Shown here: piece by piece, positions 1 to 12,159 of the stretch
Position numbering within the stretch: the stretch's first letter is position 1
How the letters are laid out: every line of letters begins with the position of its first letter
Assembly (NCBI GenBank): GCA_964252035.1
Contig: OZ176208.1
Reading direction: 5' to 3' (one strand)
Length of the DNA: 64,000 bases
Source: Podarcis erhardii
Lineage: Eukaryota
Notes under the pieces: model-generated
Databases searched by the model: none
The model's input: only the letters and a program-made list of their open reading frames with translations
Told to the model about the DNA's origin: nothing
Translations under genes and position numbers: made by a program

Positions 1-342
1 GAGATTGAGAAGAGATATGATAGTCATCAAATATGTCAAAGGCTCTCACATGGAAGAGGGAACAAGCTTGTTTTCTCCTGCTCTGGAGGGCAGGACTCCA
101 ACCAATGGCTTCAAGTTACAAGAAGGAGATTCCGACTAAGCATACAGAAAAACTTTCTGACAGTAAGAGCCCTTCAGCAGTGAAAGAGTCTCCCTTGGAA
201 GGTGCTGGACTCTCCACCCCTGGAGGTTTTTAAGCAGAGGTTAGATAGCCATCTGTCATAGATGCTTTATCTGAGAGTCCTGCATTGCAGGGGGGTGGAC
301 TGGATGACTCTTGGAGATCCCTTCCAACTCTATTATTCTATT
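1..342 (+). mobile_element. CR1 LINE 3' end, 5'-truncated at the window edge
   Basis: Degenerate ORF2 C-terminus followed by a typical CR1 3' UTR ending ...CCCTTCCAACTCTATTATTCTATTATTT. It resembles the reverse complement of the CR1 3' end at 39284. Confidence 0.85.
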
Positions 343-644
343 ATTTGAAGCCCGAAACAACTTGGGATCAGGATACCTGGCAGGAACCTACTTCCCATTC
401 CTGGTTCAGACAAAAGCAAGTCTCCAAAAACTCTGCTGGCTGGTGACAGATTGGAAGTTGGCTTTCTCACTGGGGGCAACCATCCTTCCCTGAAGGGCTT
501 GAGAGACAGAGTCTCTTAAAGACATCTATTCACTCAAGTTTTCCTCAACACGGATTCCTGAGGTTGAAATGTCTTTCTTTTTGTTTGGTGATTTTTTTTA
601 TGGTATGTGGTTTTTGTCCTCTTTTTATTTAGGTTTGTAAGAAA

Positions 645-814
645 CAGTGGCGTAGCGTGGGTTGTCAGCACCCGGGGCAAGGCAAGTAATTTGTGCCCCC
701 TAACCCATGGATTTGCGCCCCCTAACCCGTGGATTTGCGCACCCTAACCCTAACCCCCAGATGTTGCGCCCGGTGCGGCCGGCCCCCCCCTGCACCCCCC
801 ACGCTACGCCACTG
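645..814 (+). mobile_element. Non-autonomous hAT element (MITE), short cargo-free member of the family also at 30146
   Basis: TIRs CAGTGGCGTAGC / GCTACGCCACTG. Perfect 8-bp TSD GTAAGAAA (637-644, 815-822). Internal 22-bp tandem unit containing CCCTAACCC. Confidence 0.92.
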
Positions 815-2253
815 GTAAGAAAGTTTTATTCCATTGTTTTATTTTTATATGAATTTATATTATTTCTTCTTTTTATTGAAAAGTCTGCTTAGATGTTTCC
901 TTTTATATTAAGGGTTATATACGATTTATAAATAAATAGAATAAAATAAATTCCAGATTGTATAGTTATCAAAGGTCCATACACTTTTAATAAAGAAGTC
1001 TGTATGCTTCTGAATTGTTTCAGACTTGTTAGATTTCTTGTCATTTATTGAATCCTACATTCCTTAAATCTGTTTCCCTCTCCTTAAACACAAAAACAAT
1101 TAAGATAATAATTCTGCATGCTACTTTTCATTTAATTAAGACAGCAATCCTAGGCACACCTTCTGGGGGTAAGCAACACACAAGATCATATTTCATCATT
1201 TTATTTAAATATAGGTTATTAATTTTTATTATTTTATTAAATTTTATTAATTTTTATTACTGCAGTTCTTCCCATCTAATATAACTTTGATTTAGCTCAA
1301 TTATTCAATATTTGCTTCATTTTATACATTATAACCAGATCCTGGTCATTCTTAGAAAACTTAAACCTCAAATATCCCGTTTGTCTTTCTTTCTCTATGT
1401 GAACAAAGCATCATTTCTGATTAGGAATAGTTTTATATCTTTCTGTATGCCCGAAGTCTTTGCGCTACTTCTAGCATTTTTTTTTGAAAGGATACTCTGG
1501 GTTTCTCAAATAATACATTTTCTGCATACAGTAGTTATGGACCAGATACACTGGCAGAACAGATGCCACACCCAATCTGTGCTCAGCCTGGCAAGGAAAA
1601 ACACACAAACGCAAAATGCAAAAATGGGTGTAGAAATGGCACACATCGTCATAGTGCTCATGAAAACTCTGCCACTGCCCACCAACCAGGGATTTTGCTA
1701 GTGATGACATCCACCTTCAGAAGGAGCCAATGAATTCATGGTGATGGAGACTTGGCCCCAGCAAACAGCCATGAGTCCTGGAGTAACTGTGGCTCATCAC
1801 CCAGGTTCAGTGTTGGGGGATATTCTTCTTCTATTAAAACCTTGTTCAAAGCCCCTTCCAGGAAACCTGGGACTCCAGTTTTTGGCTTTATGGTTGGGTT
1901 GCCATATTTCAAACAGTGAAAATCCGGACAGAAAAGTTGTTTGCAACAGAAGCGGGAAACCTGATTTTAAGAAATTGTATTAAATTAAAGTAATTTGGTT
2001 TGATTTGTAATAATTTGGAAAATTAACACTGATTCTGTGACTGCAGTATTCCAGATATGTCTGGGAAGTTCTAGACATGTAGCAACCCTACTTTATGGCT
2101 ATGCACACAACTGGTTCTCTAAACACTTGAACACTTGAAGGGCAGCATTGTGCCCTGTTGTTCCATTGTGTGTGTTTGTGTTTGTATGATTCTTGGTATT
2201 TCTGTGGCCTGCCCTGAAAACATTTGGTACAATGAACAAACAAATAAAATATT

Positions 2254-2826
2254 TGTCGCTGCCCTGCCCTATGAACCCGTCATAGAGGTCAGGAGCGCAG
2301 GGCTACAGGACCAGCCCTAGACAGGTTGCCTTTTATGTGCTGGAGATGTGCTGGTTCTTGTCCAGGCTGCCAACACACAACAGGAGAGGTAGGAAGGGTC
2401 CCCAAAAACCCAGGTGCAGCCAAGCCTCTCAGGAGGAGTGCAGCGTGAGCCTGCAACTTGGCCCTTTGGCCTGGCACCTTGTCCTGACCTGTGCATTCCC
2501 TTTTGCCTAACAGGGCAGCCCTGCTGGGCAATATGCCTGCCAGTGCACCGAGCTCTAGCTCCTTACCATGGCCAGACACTGGGCAAGCACTGAGGCTGCA
2601 GGATGAGAGTCACTGACAAGGACACTCAACCCCATAGCCAAATCAAACTGTAGTTAAAACTTTCAGAAGCTGAGTCAAGTAACATAAACTTACCTTAAGA
2701 GAACCTCACCAACGTTTTAAGAGTAGAGTCAGGGTCCCAAATGGGCCCCCCATGAGCCTCAACATCACTGTGGAGTGGGCCCTGTCAAGCCTCCTCACCA
2801 TTTTAACTTCAGATGGAGATGCGACA
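2254..2826. mobile_element. Possible solo LTR
   Basis: GC-richer 573-bp block bounded by inverted termini TGTCGC...GCGACA. No TSD is recognisable. Confidence 0.35.
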
Positions 2827-3039
2827 CAGAGCATAATTATTTTAGCAGGCATCAGAATATGAAGTAGTGCTGCAAGACTTCGTCTTCCTGGTCAGGGGTG
2901 GCAGCAGAGAAACCTGCACCCTTTTATGCAAATGCATGTTACTTCATGTATTTGAACCCGGGGCGAGACAGCTCTGCTGCATTTGGAATCCCTCCAGCTC
3001 CTTCTGTTGAATGGGACCCCTAAATATCTGCCCCAAAGT

Positions 3040-3259
3040 CAGTGCTGTATTAAACCCTGTGGAAGCCCCTAGGCAGTCGAAATCTCGGGGGCTCCCTCAG
3101 GCATGCTTTCTAGTAGGATAACATGGAAAGAAGAAAGCTGGATTGTAATTTTCTTTCAAGGTCAGATCAATATTATTTTGATCCATTGTTGTGGGGCCCC
3201 TAAAAGGTGTGGGGTTCGTAAGCCAGCACCTACTTTGCCTATTTGGTAATCTGGCACTG
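3040..3259. mobile_element. Older hAT MITE (related to 28782-29069)
   Basis: Termini CAGTGCTGTATTA / TAATCTGGCACTG. Flanks CCCAAAGT and CCTTAAGC match at 5 of 8 positions (decayed TSD). Confidence 0.6.
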
Positions 3260-4629
3260 CCTTAAGCACCACTGTTCCCTTACTGTACTTCTTCAGGGAA
3301 TGGGAGGTTCTGAATCAACGTATAGATACTGCTGGCTTGAAAAAGAGCCATCTTCTTAGAGGTACAGAAACAGAACATGCTGTCAAATGTACCAGAAAGC
3401 GTCTCAAACAATGGATCGCTTGGCATGATGAAGAAACTCCAAGCAAATTCTGATGAAAGTCATCATCAAGCAAGTCAAGCAAATGCATAAAAACTGCTCC
3501 AGAAAACAACCCAAGCTTCCAAACGGAAAACCAAGGAGAGCTTCAAACAATTCCCCGATAATATGTGCTTTACATGAATCTCTAAGTGTTAAAACTGATT
3601 TAATTTGCTGTTGTAAATAATGACTACCAACCAAGCATGCATGTTTATCTCCCTGGCAAAGATAAAAGAGTTCCATCTGCCAGTAGCCTCTGCTGGGGAA
3701 GCTGCATTTCATCTGCCTTGCATGTGTTCCAGACCCAGTAATCAGCAATGAACTTTCCCATGTGGAATTACTTTGGTGTGCTGACTTTATTTTAATCTTA
3801 TTTTTCGTTATCTTAAAATTGTGCTTCAACATACTACCAATTCATAAACAGAGAAATTTAGCTGCCAGGAGCTTTAAGGCTTGGTGGTCAGCTCTGTGGC
3901 GCCAGTTTCTCCATGCTGACAGCTGAAAAAATAGTTGTTGCCCCAGTGGCATTTGGTGCTAATAATTCCTTGTGCACCTTCCTTTCCTCTGTCCTCTGTC
4001 CCAGAATTAGGTGGGTGGAAACAGAGCAGCAGCAGCAGCAAATTAAAGTGCCTGGGCAGGCTGCAGTTAGCCAGCTGGGAAGACTGATATATAAATACTT
4101 GTTTAGTGATAATATTTCTGATGGCTGATATGATTAAGTATGGCAGGAATGTCCAATTGGCAATTCACAGGCAGGGGTTGGCTCTCAAAGTCATTCAACT
4201 GGGGCCCTGGTGACGCCACTGAACTTTAATCAATATTATGCGAGATATTTACCCAAAATTTCAAGTCAAAGTTGTTTCCAAGTGGTAAGAAATAAAGATA
4301 TGACATACTTTATATCTCTGTGTATGAACCATCAACTGTACACCTTGCGATGCTTCAGTCCACAGCTGAGAAAACGAATGGCACAAACTTTATTATGGAG
4401 TCTATTTACCACTGTTTGTGGCAAAATATACCTCCAAATTTTTCTCAGAAGCAAGACACCAAGGACACCTGGTGATTCTAGTAATTTTGAGACACTTCCA
4501 GTCACTCCTGCAGCTCCTGTTGCTGTAGCTGCTAATTTAACAAAACACTGTGCAAACTCGTTTCAAGGTATTGAACCCAAGCATGTTGTCAGAAACAGGG
4601 GCCACAAGGCTTCTGAAACAGTATATGGC

Positions 4630-4692
4630 TTCTTCTTCTTCTTCTTCTTCTTCTTCTTCTTCTTCTTCTTCTTCTTCTTCTTCTTCTTCTTC
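4630..4692. repeat. (TTC)21 microsatellite
   Basis: Perfect trinucleotide run. It explains the poly-F and poly-S ORFs in the track. Confidence 0.98.
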
Positions 4693-4789
4693 TATTAAAG
4701 CAGCTGAGCACTGTGAGCACCCACTATCATATTTAGTTCAGATAGACCAGAGAGAGACTTTTGGGCTTTACAGTGGTTCTGGTCCTCCT

Positions 4790-5040
4790 TGGATTGTTGT
4801 TTCCAGAGGGTGATGCTTGGGAAATGCTATTCAGCTCTTTGGAGTCTTCAATGTGGGGTTCCTCGGGGTTCAATTTTATCCTCCATGCTGTTTAATATCT
4901 ACATGAAACTGCTTAGTGGGGGTATCTGAAGTTTTGGAGTATGTTGTCAGCAATACGCTGATAACACACAGCTATACTCCTTTACATCTGCAGGTGTGGC
5001 AATGGATGTGCTGGACCACTGTCTTGCTTTGGTAGTAGAC
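4790..5040 (+). mobile_element. Old L2-type LINE reverse transcriptase fragment
   Basis: Degenerate RT motifs readable as GVP(Q)GSILSSMLFNIYMK...QQYAD(N)TQL. Confidence 0.7.
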
Positions 5041-5043
5041 AAA

Positions 5044-5410
5044 GGGGCAAGGTGGCGCTGTGGCCTAAACCACTGAGCCTCTTGGGCTTGCTGATCAGAA
5101 GGTCAGTGGTTTGAATCCCTGCGATGGGGTGAGCTCCCGTTGCTCGGTCCCAGCTCCTGCCAACCTAGCAGTTCGAAAGCACACCAGTGCAAGTAGATAA
5201 ATAGGTACTGCTGCGGCGGGAAGATAAACGGCGTTTCTTTGCAGTCTGGTTTCCGTCATGGTGTTCCGTTGCACCAGAAGCAGTTTAGACACAGAAAGCT
5301 ATCTGTGGACAAACGCCAGCTCCCTTGGCCTGAAAGAGAGATGAGTGCCGCAACCCCATAGTCGCCTTTGAGTGGACTTAACCGTCCAGGGGTCCTTTAC
5401 CTTTACCTTT
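5044..5410 (+). mobile_element. Sauria SINE (older subfamily)
   Basis: tRNA-derived head with A/B-box-like motifs, core CCTGCCAACCTAGCAGTTCGAAAGCA, and (ACCTTT)n tail. Confidence 0.9.
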
Positions 5411-5657
5411 TTAGAGGACAAACCTCTGTCATTGCTCAAAACCACATTTTTTCTTTCATTGTCTCTCCACTCCTACTTTATTCAAACTTCTGCCATTGTT
5501 TAAAGCAGTCACTTTTCCTCCTTTCAGCATTTCTCCCTTCTCATTGTACTCAAACTTCTCTCTCTCTTCTGTTCCTCAGCTGCCTCATGTGAGAGATGCA
5601 GAGTTCTTAGATGTTCCATGGTTCCTTCATAGAATTAAGGTACTGTACTCAAACCTC

Positions 5658-6022
5658 GCGGGACGCGGGTGGCGCTGTGGGTAAAACCTCAGCGCCTAGG
5701 GCTTGCCGATTGCATGGTTGGCGGTTTGAATCCCCGCGGTGGGGTGAGCTCCCGTCATTCGGTCCCAGCGCCTGCCAACCTAGCAGTTCAAAAGCACCCC
5801 TAAGTGGAAGTAGATAAATAGGTACCACTTTATAGCGGGAAGGTAAACGGCGTTTCCGGGTGCTGCTCTGGTGCCGGTTCGCCGGAGCAGCTTCGTCACG
5901 CTGGCCACGTGACCTGGAAGTGTCTGCGGACAGCGCTGGCTCCCGGCCTCTTATGTGAGATGGGCGTACAACCCTAGAGTCGGACACGACTGGCCCGTAC
6001 GGGCAGGGGTACCTTTACCTTT
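5658..6022 (+). mobile_element. Sauria SINE, full length (young subfamily)
   Basis: GGGACGCGGGTGGCGCTGTGG head and ACCTTTACCTTT tail. 12-bp TSD TACTCAAACCTC (5646-5657, 6023-6034). Confidence 0.95.
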
Positions 6023-8313
6023 TACTCAAACCTCTGCTGTTCTTTAAATCAGCATTTTCCTCTCCATTTCCTCCATCCCTCCCTCCCTCAAACTTCTGCC
6101 ATTGTTTTATGCCACCACTGAAACCTCTGAACCCCTCTCTTCTTGTTCCCATGCCATGCAATGGCTGTTGTGCAAGCTCCCTTCACTTTTGCTCCCCTCC
6201 CTTGTGGTGAAGCTGCATGGTCCGTCACTGGGGGTGGAGAGCAGGCGGGGGCGCAGCTGGTGCGCGTCCCAGGGGTGTGGCATGCATCCTGTGGGTGTGG
6301 CGCCCGGCGTGTGTCTGGGGGGGCAGCTGCGGTGGTACCCCCCTCCCCAATGGTGCCAGGGGCGATGCGCTCCCCCAACTCCCCTGTTCCTCCGCCAGTG
6401 CCCTCCCCTCCCCTGACTTCATGCACATCCAGGATTGTGATGTGGCACTACAAATCTTCCAGTGGGAGCTGCACAAAGACATTCTTACATTTTTTCCTGT
6501 CAAAGTATATATCTAGCTTTAAAGGTGGCTAAGACTGAGGTTTCTTGGGCTAGGTGAAACACATTACGTTTTCACTGTCAGAGCTGAAGGGGCAACACTG
6601 CTTAGTTGTGAAGTTGTTTGGCGGCTCTTGAGTTCAGTTTCTTGGCTGCATGACAGTGTGATGGAACTGAGAAGACAATATCAGAATGCTAGCAAATGGA
6701 TAGAAAATACTAGTGTGTGGTGGTGATCCTGCATTTAAAAACTAAAGTTAACAATTCAGTCGTTTTGACAAGTGCAGTCCTGAAATAGGAAAGTCAACAT
6801 TGCTCTCCTCTCACTCAGAGCAATAGAAGCAATGCTTCAAGGAAAGGCAAAAAATGAAAGAAAAATCACTGCAATTATTTGCACTTAGACATGTCAGTTT
6901 AATTAAGTTTCACGCTGCTGCTTGATCACTGAAATGGGAACTGAGTTCAGCTCTAAGTATGGAACTCTAAGTATGGAACGCCTCTCTGTCCTCTTGCACA
7001 CACAGTTCCCTGTATCTTTTTTTTTCCTGGTGGAGTTGTTTTCCCCAATAACAGATCAAAAGAAAAATTATCAGTATCTTTCTGCCCTCAGACTAAAGAA
7101 GCCAGACTTCTAACAACTTAAAGCTGGAAAAGGCACCAAGATCAAGGGAGGGGTGGGGGGAGAGAGATGGAGAAAGACAACTCCATGACTGCATTGTAAT
7201 TGCCAGATTACAGAGGAGGAAATTGCTGTTTGAGCACCCACAGATGCTTAGAAGGTGGGGTGGCAGGAGCTGGGGGTGGCAGCCTTTCCTGATTGGGCTT
7301 AGTCCACCCCAAAGGCACCAAGGTCACAGACCCTTGGACTTGCAGCTCCCAAACTGAAACAGCATCCTCTTGTGTTATGCAATGGATGGCTAAAGGTGAA
7401 GCCCTTTAAAACAAAAGGACACATTACAGCAAGATTATGCCTATTAACGGAACACACATGTAAGCTAAGAATCAGAAATGCTGCTCTGGAAATGCTGGCT
7501 TAAGCCAAACGTGTAAGATTCATTTTCTCACCATCTAAAGGAAAATTAATTAAGCAGTCTTAGGTGCCTTTGATTTCAGGGGGAGACAAGTCTGCTCTTG
7601 AAAGCCGCAGGATTAAAAAGTGCTTAACTTTGCCCCAGTTGTGGTCATGATTTGCATGAAGTACAACAACAGAACTGATGTCCTCAAGCATTTGCTGAGA
7701 GCCTAGGAAGACCCACTGGACCTTGTTTCTGGGTGGCAGTAGTAGTGGATGAGTGGCCCCCACCCTGTACTGCTGTTAGGTTCCACTGGGGGGATTTGGG
7801 CCCTTGACCCCCTTCTCTGTCTATCATTTGACATATGTGCTCCCGCCTGTGGCAGCAACGGCAGCACCTCTTCTTCCTTCCCTTTGTCCCAGAGTAGTGG
7901 AGGGTAAGCAGTAGCAGCTGCTTGCCCATTCTTGCTTATCCACCAGAAGCACCAGCCATTGCTACCAAAAGGACAAAGAAAGATGACCAAGAAACATCAG
8001 CTGCATCTTTGCAAAGTCTGCCACCCAGGCAAGTGAGCAGGTGAGCCAGGGTGCTGGACTGAAGCAGCAGCCACCGCTGCTCGTTCACCTGTTTTGTATC
8101 TTGACAATGCCATGGTGGTCGCTGCTAGCAGTAGTGTCAGCAGGCAAGGAGTAATGGCAGTTATGTGTAGAAGCCATGTTTCCTCCTTCTCAGTAGCAGT
8201 CACTGCTGTTTGCCCTCTGTCCAGGGCAGGGCAAGAAGGTGGCCACAGCATAGGAAGTAGGAAAGGAGACGTGTGTGGGAAATTGCAGTCAATTAAAACT
8301 ATGCATAAGTGCT

Positions 8314-8698
8314 AGTTAGAACATGAAGAGGTTAAGACCAGAGACGTCTGTTCCTAGACTCAGCTAGGTCATGCCCCATTACCGCCGGGATGGAGGAAGT
8401 GAAGCTGTTTCTGCTCCTTTCTCTTCTCTCCATGTAATCCACCAGGACAGATGTGCCTGAACTTGCTCAAACTTTAGACCACATGTTTGAAACTATATGC
8501 TGTATTTTGCAACCAAGAGTAATCTACCTGTGTTCTCCTTACTCCTGCCTGGAATAATACATGAAGCAGACCTTTGGCTTTAGTAAGTAAAGTTTTTAAA
8601 CTTACTTAACAATGTATGGTCTGTTCATTGCTAGAGGGGTAGAGAGGGGCACAAGAGCTTTAAGGAAGACTAAACAGGAGATGCAAAAGGGTCTAACA
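8314..8698. mobile_element. Possible degenerate solo LTR
   Basis: Termini (A)GTTAGAAC...GTCTAACA resemble TGTTAG...CTAACA, with an LTR-like A-rich signal near 8585. No TSD found. Confidence 0.3.
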
Positions 8699-9346
8699 AC
8701 CTAGGTGCCCAGACAATTACCCACACGTAGGTCAGATGTATTTTCCACCTCCACAATGTGGACCCACTGTATGGCGTATTGCTTATAGCTTAGTAGCACA
8801 TCCCCAAGAATATGTTTTGTCTAGTGTAACAGGTATGTTACTTCTCCCTACACAAATACTTAGGATTAGAGGACAAATATGTTGATATCTATCACATTTC
8901 TATCTTGCTCTTCTTTCAAAAAGCTGAGGGTTGTAGCTGCTGGGGTGAGATGTTTCATGAAAGGCTTGACAAGCTCATCCTTACTAAAGGCCTTGGCTAC
9001 CTGTAGCAATCGCATTTTGCAAAATTGCTGCTGAAGATGACAGGTTCTAAGTTCTACCCATCAGCTTCAACAGACCTTGAACTGGGAATCTGATTGTAAT
9101 ACCCTTTGGGCTATAATACAGCATGTTCAATTTAACCCAGAATTTAATAATGGTTTCATTGGCACTTTTAAATCTTGAGCTCAATATTATGCAGATAGGT
9201 ATTTCAGGATTGGATTGAGGAGAGTTATGTGAGAACATACATGCAATTTCAAAACAGACTAGACGGTACTATAAATTTGTGCAGATGAGCATTTATTTAA
9301 AACAACTGACTAGGACAGCAAAGAACTATTAGATATGGAATATTTA

Positions 9347-9550
9347 CAGTGGTACCTTGAGTTTACAAACATAATTCATTCCGGAGGTCCGGTGCTTTCG
9401 CCAATGGGGCCTCCAAAAAAAATGGGTTGTAATCCAAAAAAAGGTTGCAAACCAGGACACACACTTCCAGGTTTCACATGTTTTTAATCCAAAACATATG
9501 CAAACCAAGACGTATGCAAACCAAGACGTATGCAAACCAAGGTGCCACTG
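9347..9550. mobile_element. Tc1/mariner (Tigger/pogo-like) MITE, family B
   Basis: TA|CAGTGGTACCTTG...CAAGGTGCCACTG|TA. Three tandem 16-bp TATGCAAACCAAGACG-type units near the right end. Confidence 0.88.
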
Positions 9551-10960
9551 TATAGTTAAGAAACCAGAGAAACATTTCTATGTATACCAGTTTACTAGTT
9601 GATTTGGAAGGAAGGCGGGATATACGGTGAATTGAAAGAATTTATATATTAATGTAAGAGAAGAGCTTAATGAGCTTGTCTGAGGACATTTGGATCAGTA
9701 TTTGGAAGAACCGCCCTGAGATCTGATGATGAATCCAAAAATAAATAAAGAATATTAATCTTCTCCAGGGTTTCAGAGAAAGGCCTTTCTCATCTCCACC
9801 CACCTATGCTACGGATCCCAGATTTTGGGGTTCGTATTTAATTTTCCTCTCCACCATCTCCTGCCCACTCACAGAATTTTCACAGTTCTCTGGAATGGTA
9901 GCTCTTTTAAAACCAAAGATTGAAACATTAACCATCTTCAAAGGTGGTTTCAATTATGGTCCATTTAGCCTTATCTATAAGTTGAGTAATTGCACAATAT
10001 CACAGCAAATTTCCCTACAATAGTAAATGTAAATTAACATTTTAATGGTTCCATATGGCATTTGGCACTATTAGAAATGGGCCAAAGAGAATAATTAATT
10101 GGGACATATCCCCACAAAGATTCACACCATGTAGCTACTGCAAATAGTCAGCAAAATGTGGTTTATTTATCACCTGAAGCATTCCAGAAACAAATGTGAG
10201 GCAACACTACTGAATCTTTCCTATTTTAAAAGTCTGCCATGTTGAGAATTTTGTCTGCCACAGGAGGTCCCTGTGACTCAATCAACCAAACATTTCTTAC
10301 TTCTGCAAGTAATCATGAAAATGACAGAAGATCAGTTGCATCTTTCCTATCTTCTGTCTGTCTTTCAAAAATTCATTATTGAAATGTTCACCAATCTTTG
10401 TGTATCTGGCCAAACTGGGACTATGGCAGGAAGAACAAGCCTCAGCCATCTACGAATACTCACTGGCGTGAAGACTTTACTGCTGTTTCTGGATTTAAAC
10501 AGATGGCTTAGAATCATCAGTCTCATTTATATAGATACCTATTTTGGACATATGGATTGCTTATATTGATTTATAAATTTAAAGTAGGGTTGATGTAAAT
10601 TTTTTACTGTCAATGTCAGCTGGAAATGTTTTTATTTTTCTTTCTTTCTCTGTTATATTTGCAGATAAACGCTCTCAGAAGAATTAGTAGTTCAAGCAGT
10701 CCTGATCTACAGAGCCCAATGAGTTTTGACTCACTGAAATTAATGGAAACGCAGAAGCAAGTGTTCTGTTTGTGTGGCAATGGATTTGCCCCATGTTATT
10801 AGTGGAAGTGTGCGTGTGTGTGTGGCATTTGAATTTTATGCCTCAGGGACCAAAATGTATTGGGATGATCTTAGGATCAGATTGTACAGAAGCAGAGATG
10901 GATTATTAGACTTTGTTGTAATAAAGCACATGGGAATGGGAAACCCAAGACCACTCCATG

Positions 10961-11224
10961 CAAGGGCAGCCCAACCCATTTCGCCACCAGAGGCAAAATG
11001 GGCAAATGGTCCCCCGTACCCCCCGCTGAAGCCTCACTTATCAGGATCACTGCAGCTTCCGGCGAGATTTTGCGAGAGTCCTGTGAGATTTTGCCAGAAG
11101 CCACATGGGACCCCGGTGACAGTGGCGGGGCGGTTGGGTGTGGCCCCCATGGAGGCACTGCCCTGTGGGAGTCCACCACCTGAGGTGGGCTACTTCACTC
11201 CGCCTAATGAGTGGGCCGGCCCTG
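10961..11224. mobile_element. Degenerate GC-rich hAT-like MITE
   Basis: Left end CAAGGGCAGCCCAA and right end GTGGGCCGGCCCTG resemble CAGGGCCGGCCC-type TIRs. The TSD is not intact. A similar remnant lies at about 22152-22445. Confidence 0.4.
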
Positions 11225-11559
11225 GCTCCTTAAAAAGCCCTCCTGCCACCAGTGAAGTTTCCAATAGCTGTAAACACTTTGAACCAATTTGAAGATGACT
11301 CCATTTGTACTATAGGATGGTTTAAACATTTAAATAAATTACTAATACAGTCCATTGGGGGGGAATATGGGTTGGCTAGATTTTCCTTCAACATTCAAGG
11401 GCCATCAATCATTTTAATTAAAAGTATATTTGCACACACTAGCAGAATTCAATCATCATGCTATTTTCAGATCTGAGTTTGTCAAATCCCACATGGCCAG
11501 GGGTATTGTTATTTATTATTGCAAAACTGAAAAAAATTGGAAACCAATTTACCAGATTG

Positions 11560-11730
11560 AAAACTGGAATGCCCTCCCATCAGATGTCAAAGAAATAAAC
11601 AACTATCTGACTTTTAGAAGACATCTGAAGGCAGCCCTGTTTAGGGAAGTTTTTCATATTTGATGAATTATTGTATTTTAATATTTTGCTGGAAGCCACC
11701 CAGATGGGCAGGGTATTCATCATCATCAAA
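11560..11730 (+). mobile_element. L2 LINE 3' end
   Basis: WNALPSDVKEINNYLTFRRHLKAALFREVF* C-terminus plus 3' UTR. The same family recurs at 35829 and 48250. Confidence 0.8.
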
Positions 11731-12026
11731 TATTTATATTTTTGTTTCCAAAAACAAATAAAAGGAAGACATTCTACAGTAACATTAAAGCAGTTATAAA
11801 ACTGTTCAGTGTTAAAAACAGTTAAAACAAAGCACAGTCACAGAAATACGTTGTGTCTTCAAAAACATCAAAGATATCAAATGCTGTCTGTCAGGGCCAA
11901 ACCAGACAATATGCCAGCTATGTATCTGTGACCTTAAGAGCAATTGTTTCACAAATGTTGTCAGCACAGGAGGCCTGGTCTACAGCTAGCACTGTACTTT
12001 GCAGTGGGCACTGCTGCCTTATAAGC

Positions 12027-12159
12027 TAAGGTTACCAGATTTTTTTCAATGAATCCGGGGACACTTTTCAACTTCCTACTAAACAGATGGATTTTGTCAG
12101 GAGACTGATTTGTAAATCTGGGGACTGTCCCGGGGAAACGGGGACATCTGGTAACCTTA
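12027..12159. mobile_element. hAT MITE (Blackjack/MER81-like termini)
   Basis: TIRs TAAGGTTACCAGAT / ATCTGGTAACCTTA. 8-bp TSD TTATAAGC (12019-12026, 12160-12167). Confidence 0.88.

Noticed and set aside
820-1450. AT-rich stretch with a faint protein-like minus-strand frame (YLRFKFSKNDQDLVIMYKMKQIL)
   Set aside because: Possibly a decayed retroelement, but it has multiple stops and I cannot assign a family.
4210-4813. ORFs with poly-F and poly-S tracts (162 aa and 87 aa)
   Set aside because: Frames run through the (TTC)21 microsatellite, with no protein-like content.
6214-6400. GC-rich patch with several overlapping ORFs and a hAT-like right end (TTCCTCCGCCAGTG)
   Set aside because: No matching left TIR or TSD. 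The ORFs are low-complexity products of high GC.
9497-9545. Three direct repeats of 16 bp, superficially CRISPR-like
   Set aside because: Tandem with no spacers, inside a eukaryotic MITE. No CRISPR array or cas genes are present.
10774-11292. 172-aa ORF
   Set aside because: Overlaps a degenerate GC-rich MITE, with no recognisable domain or splice context.
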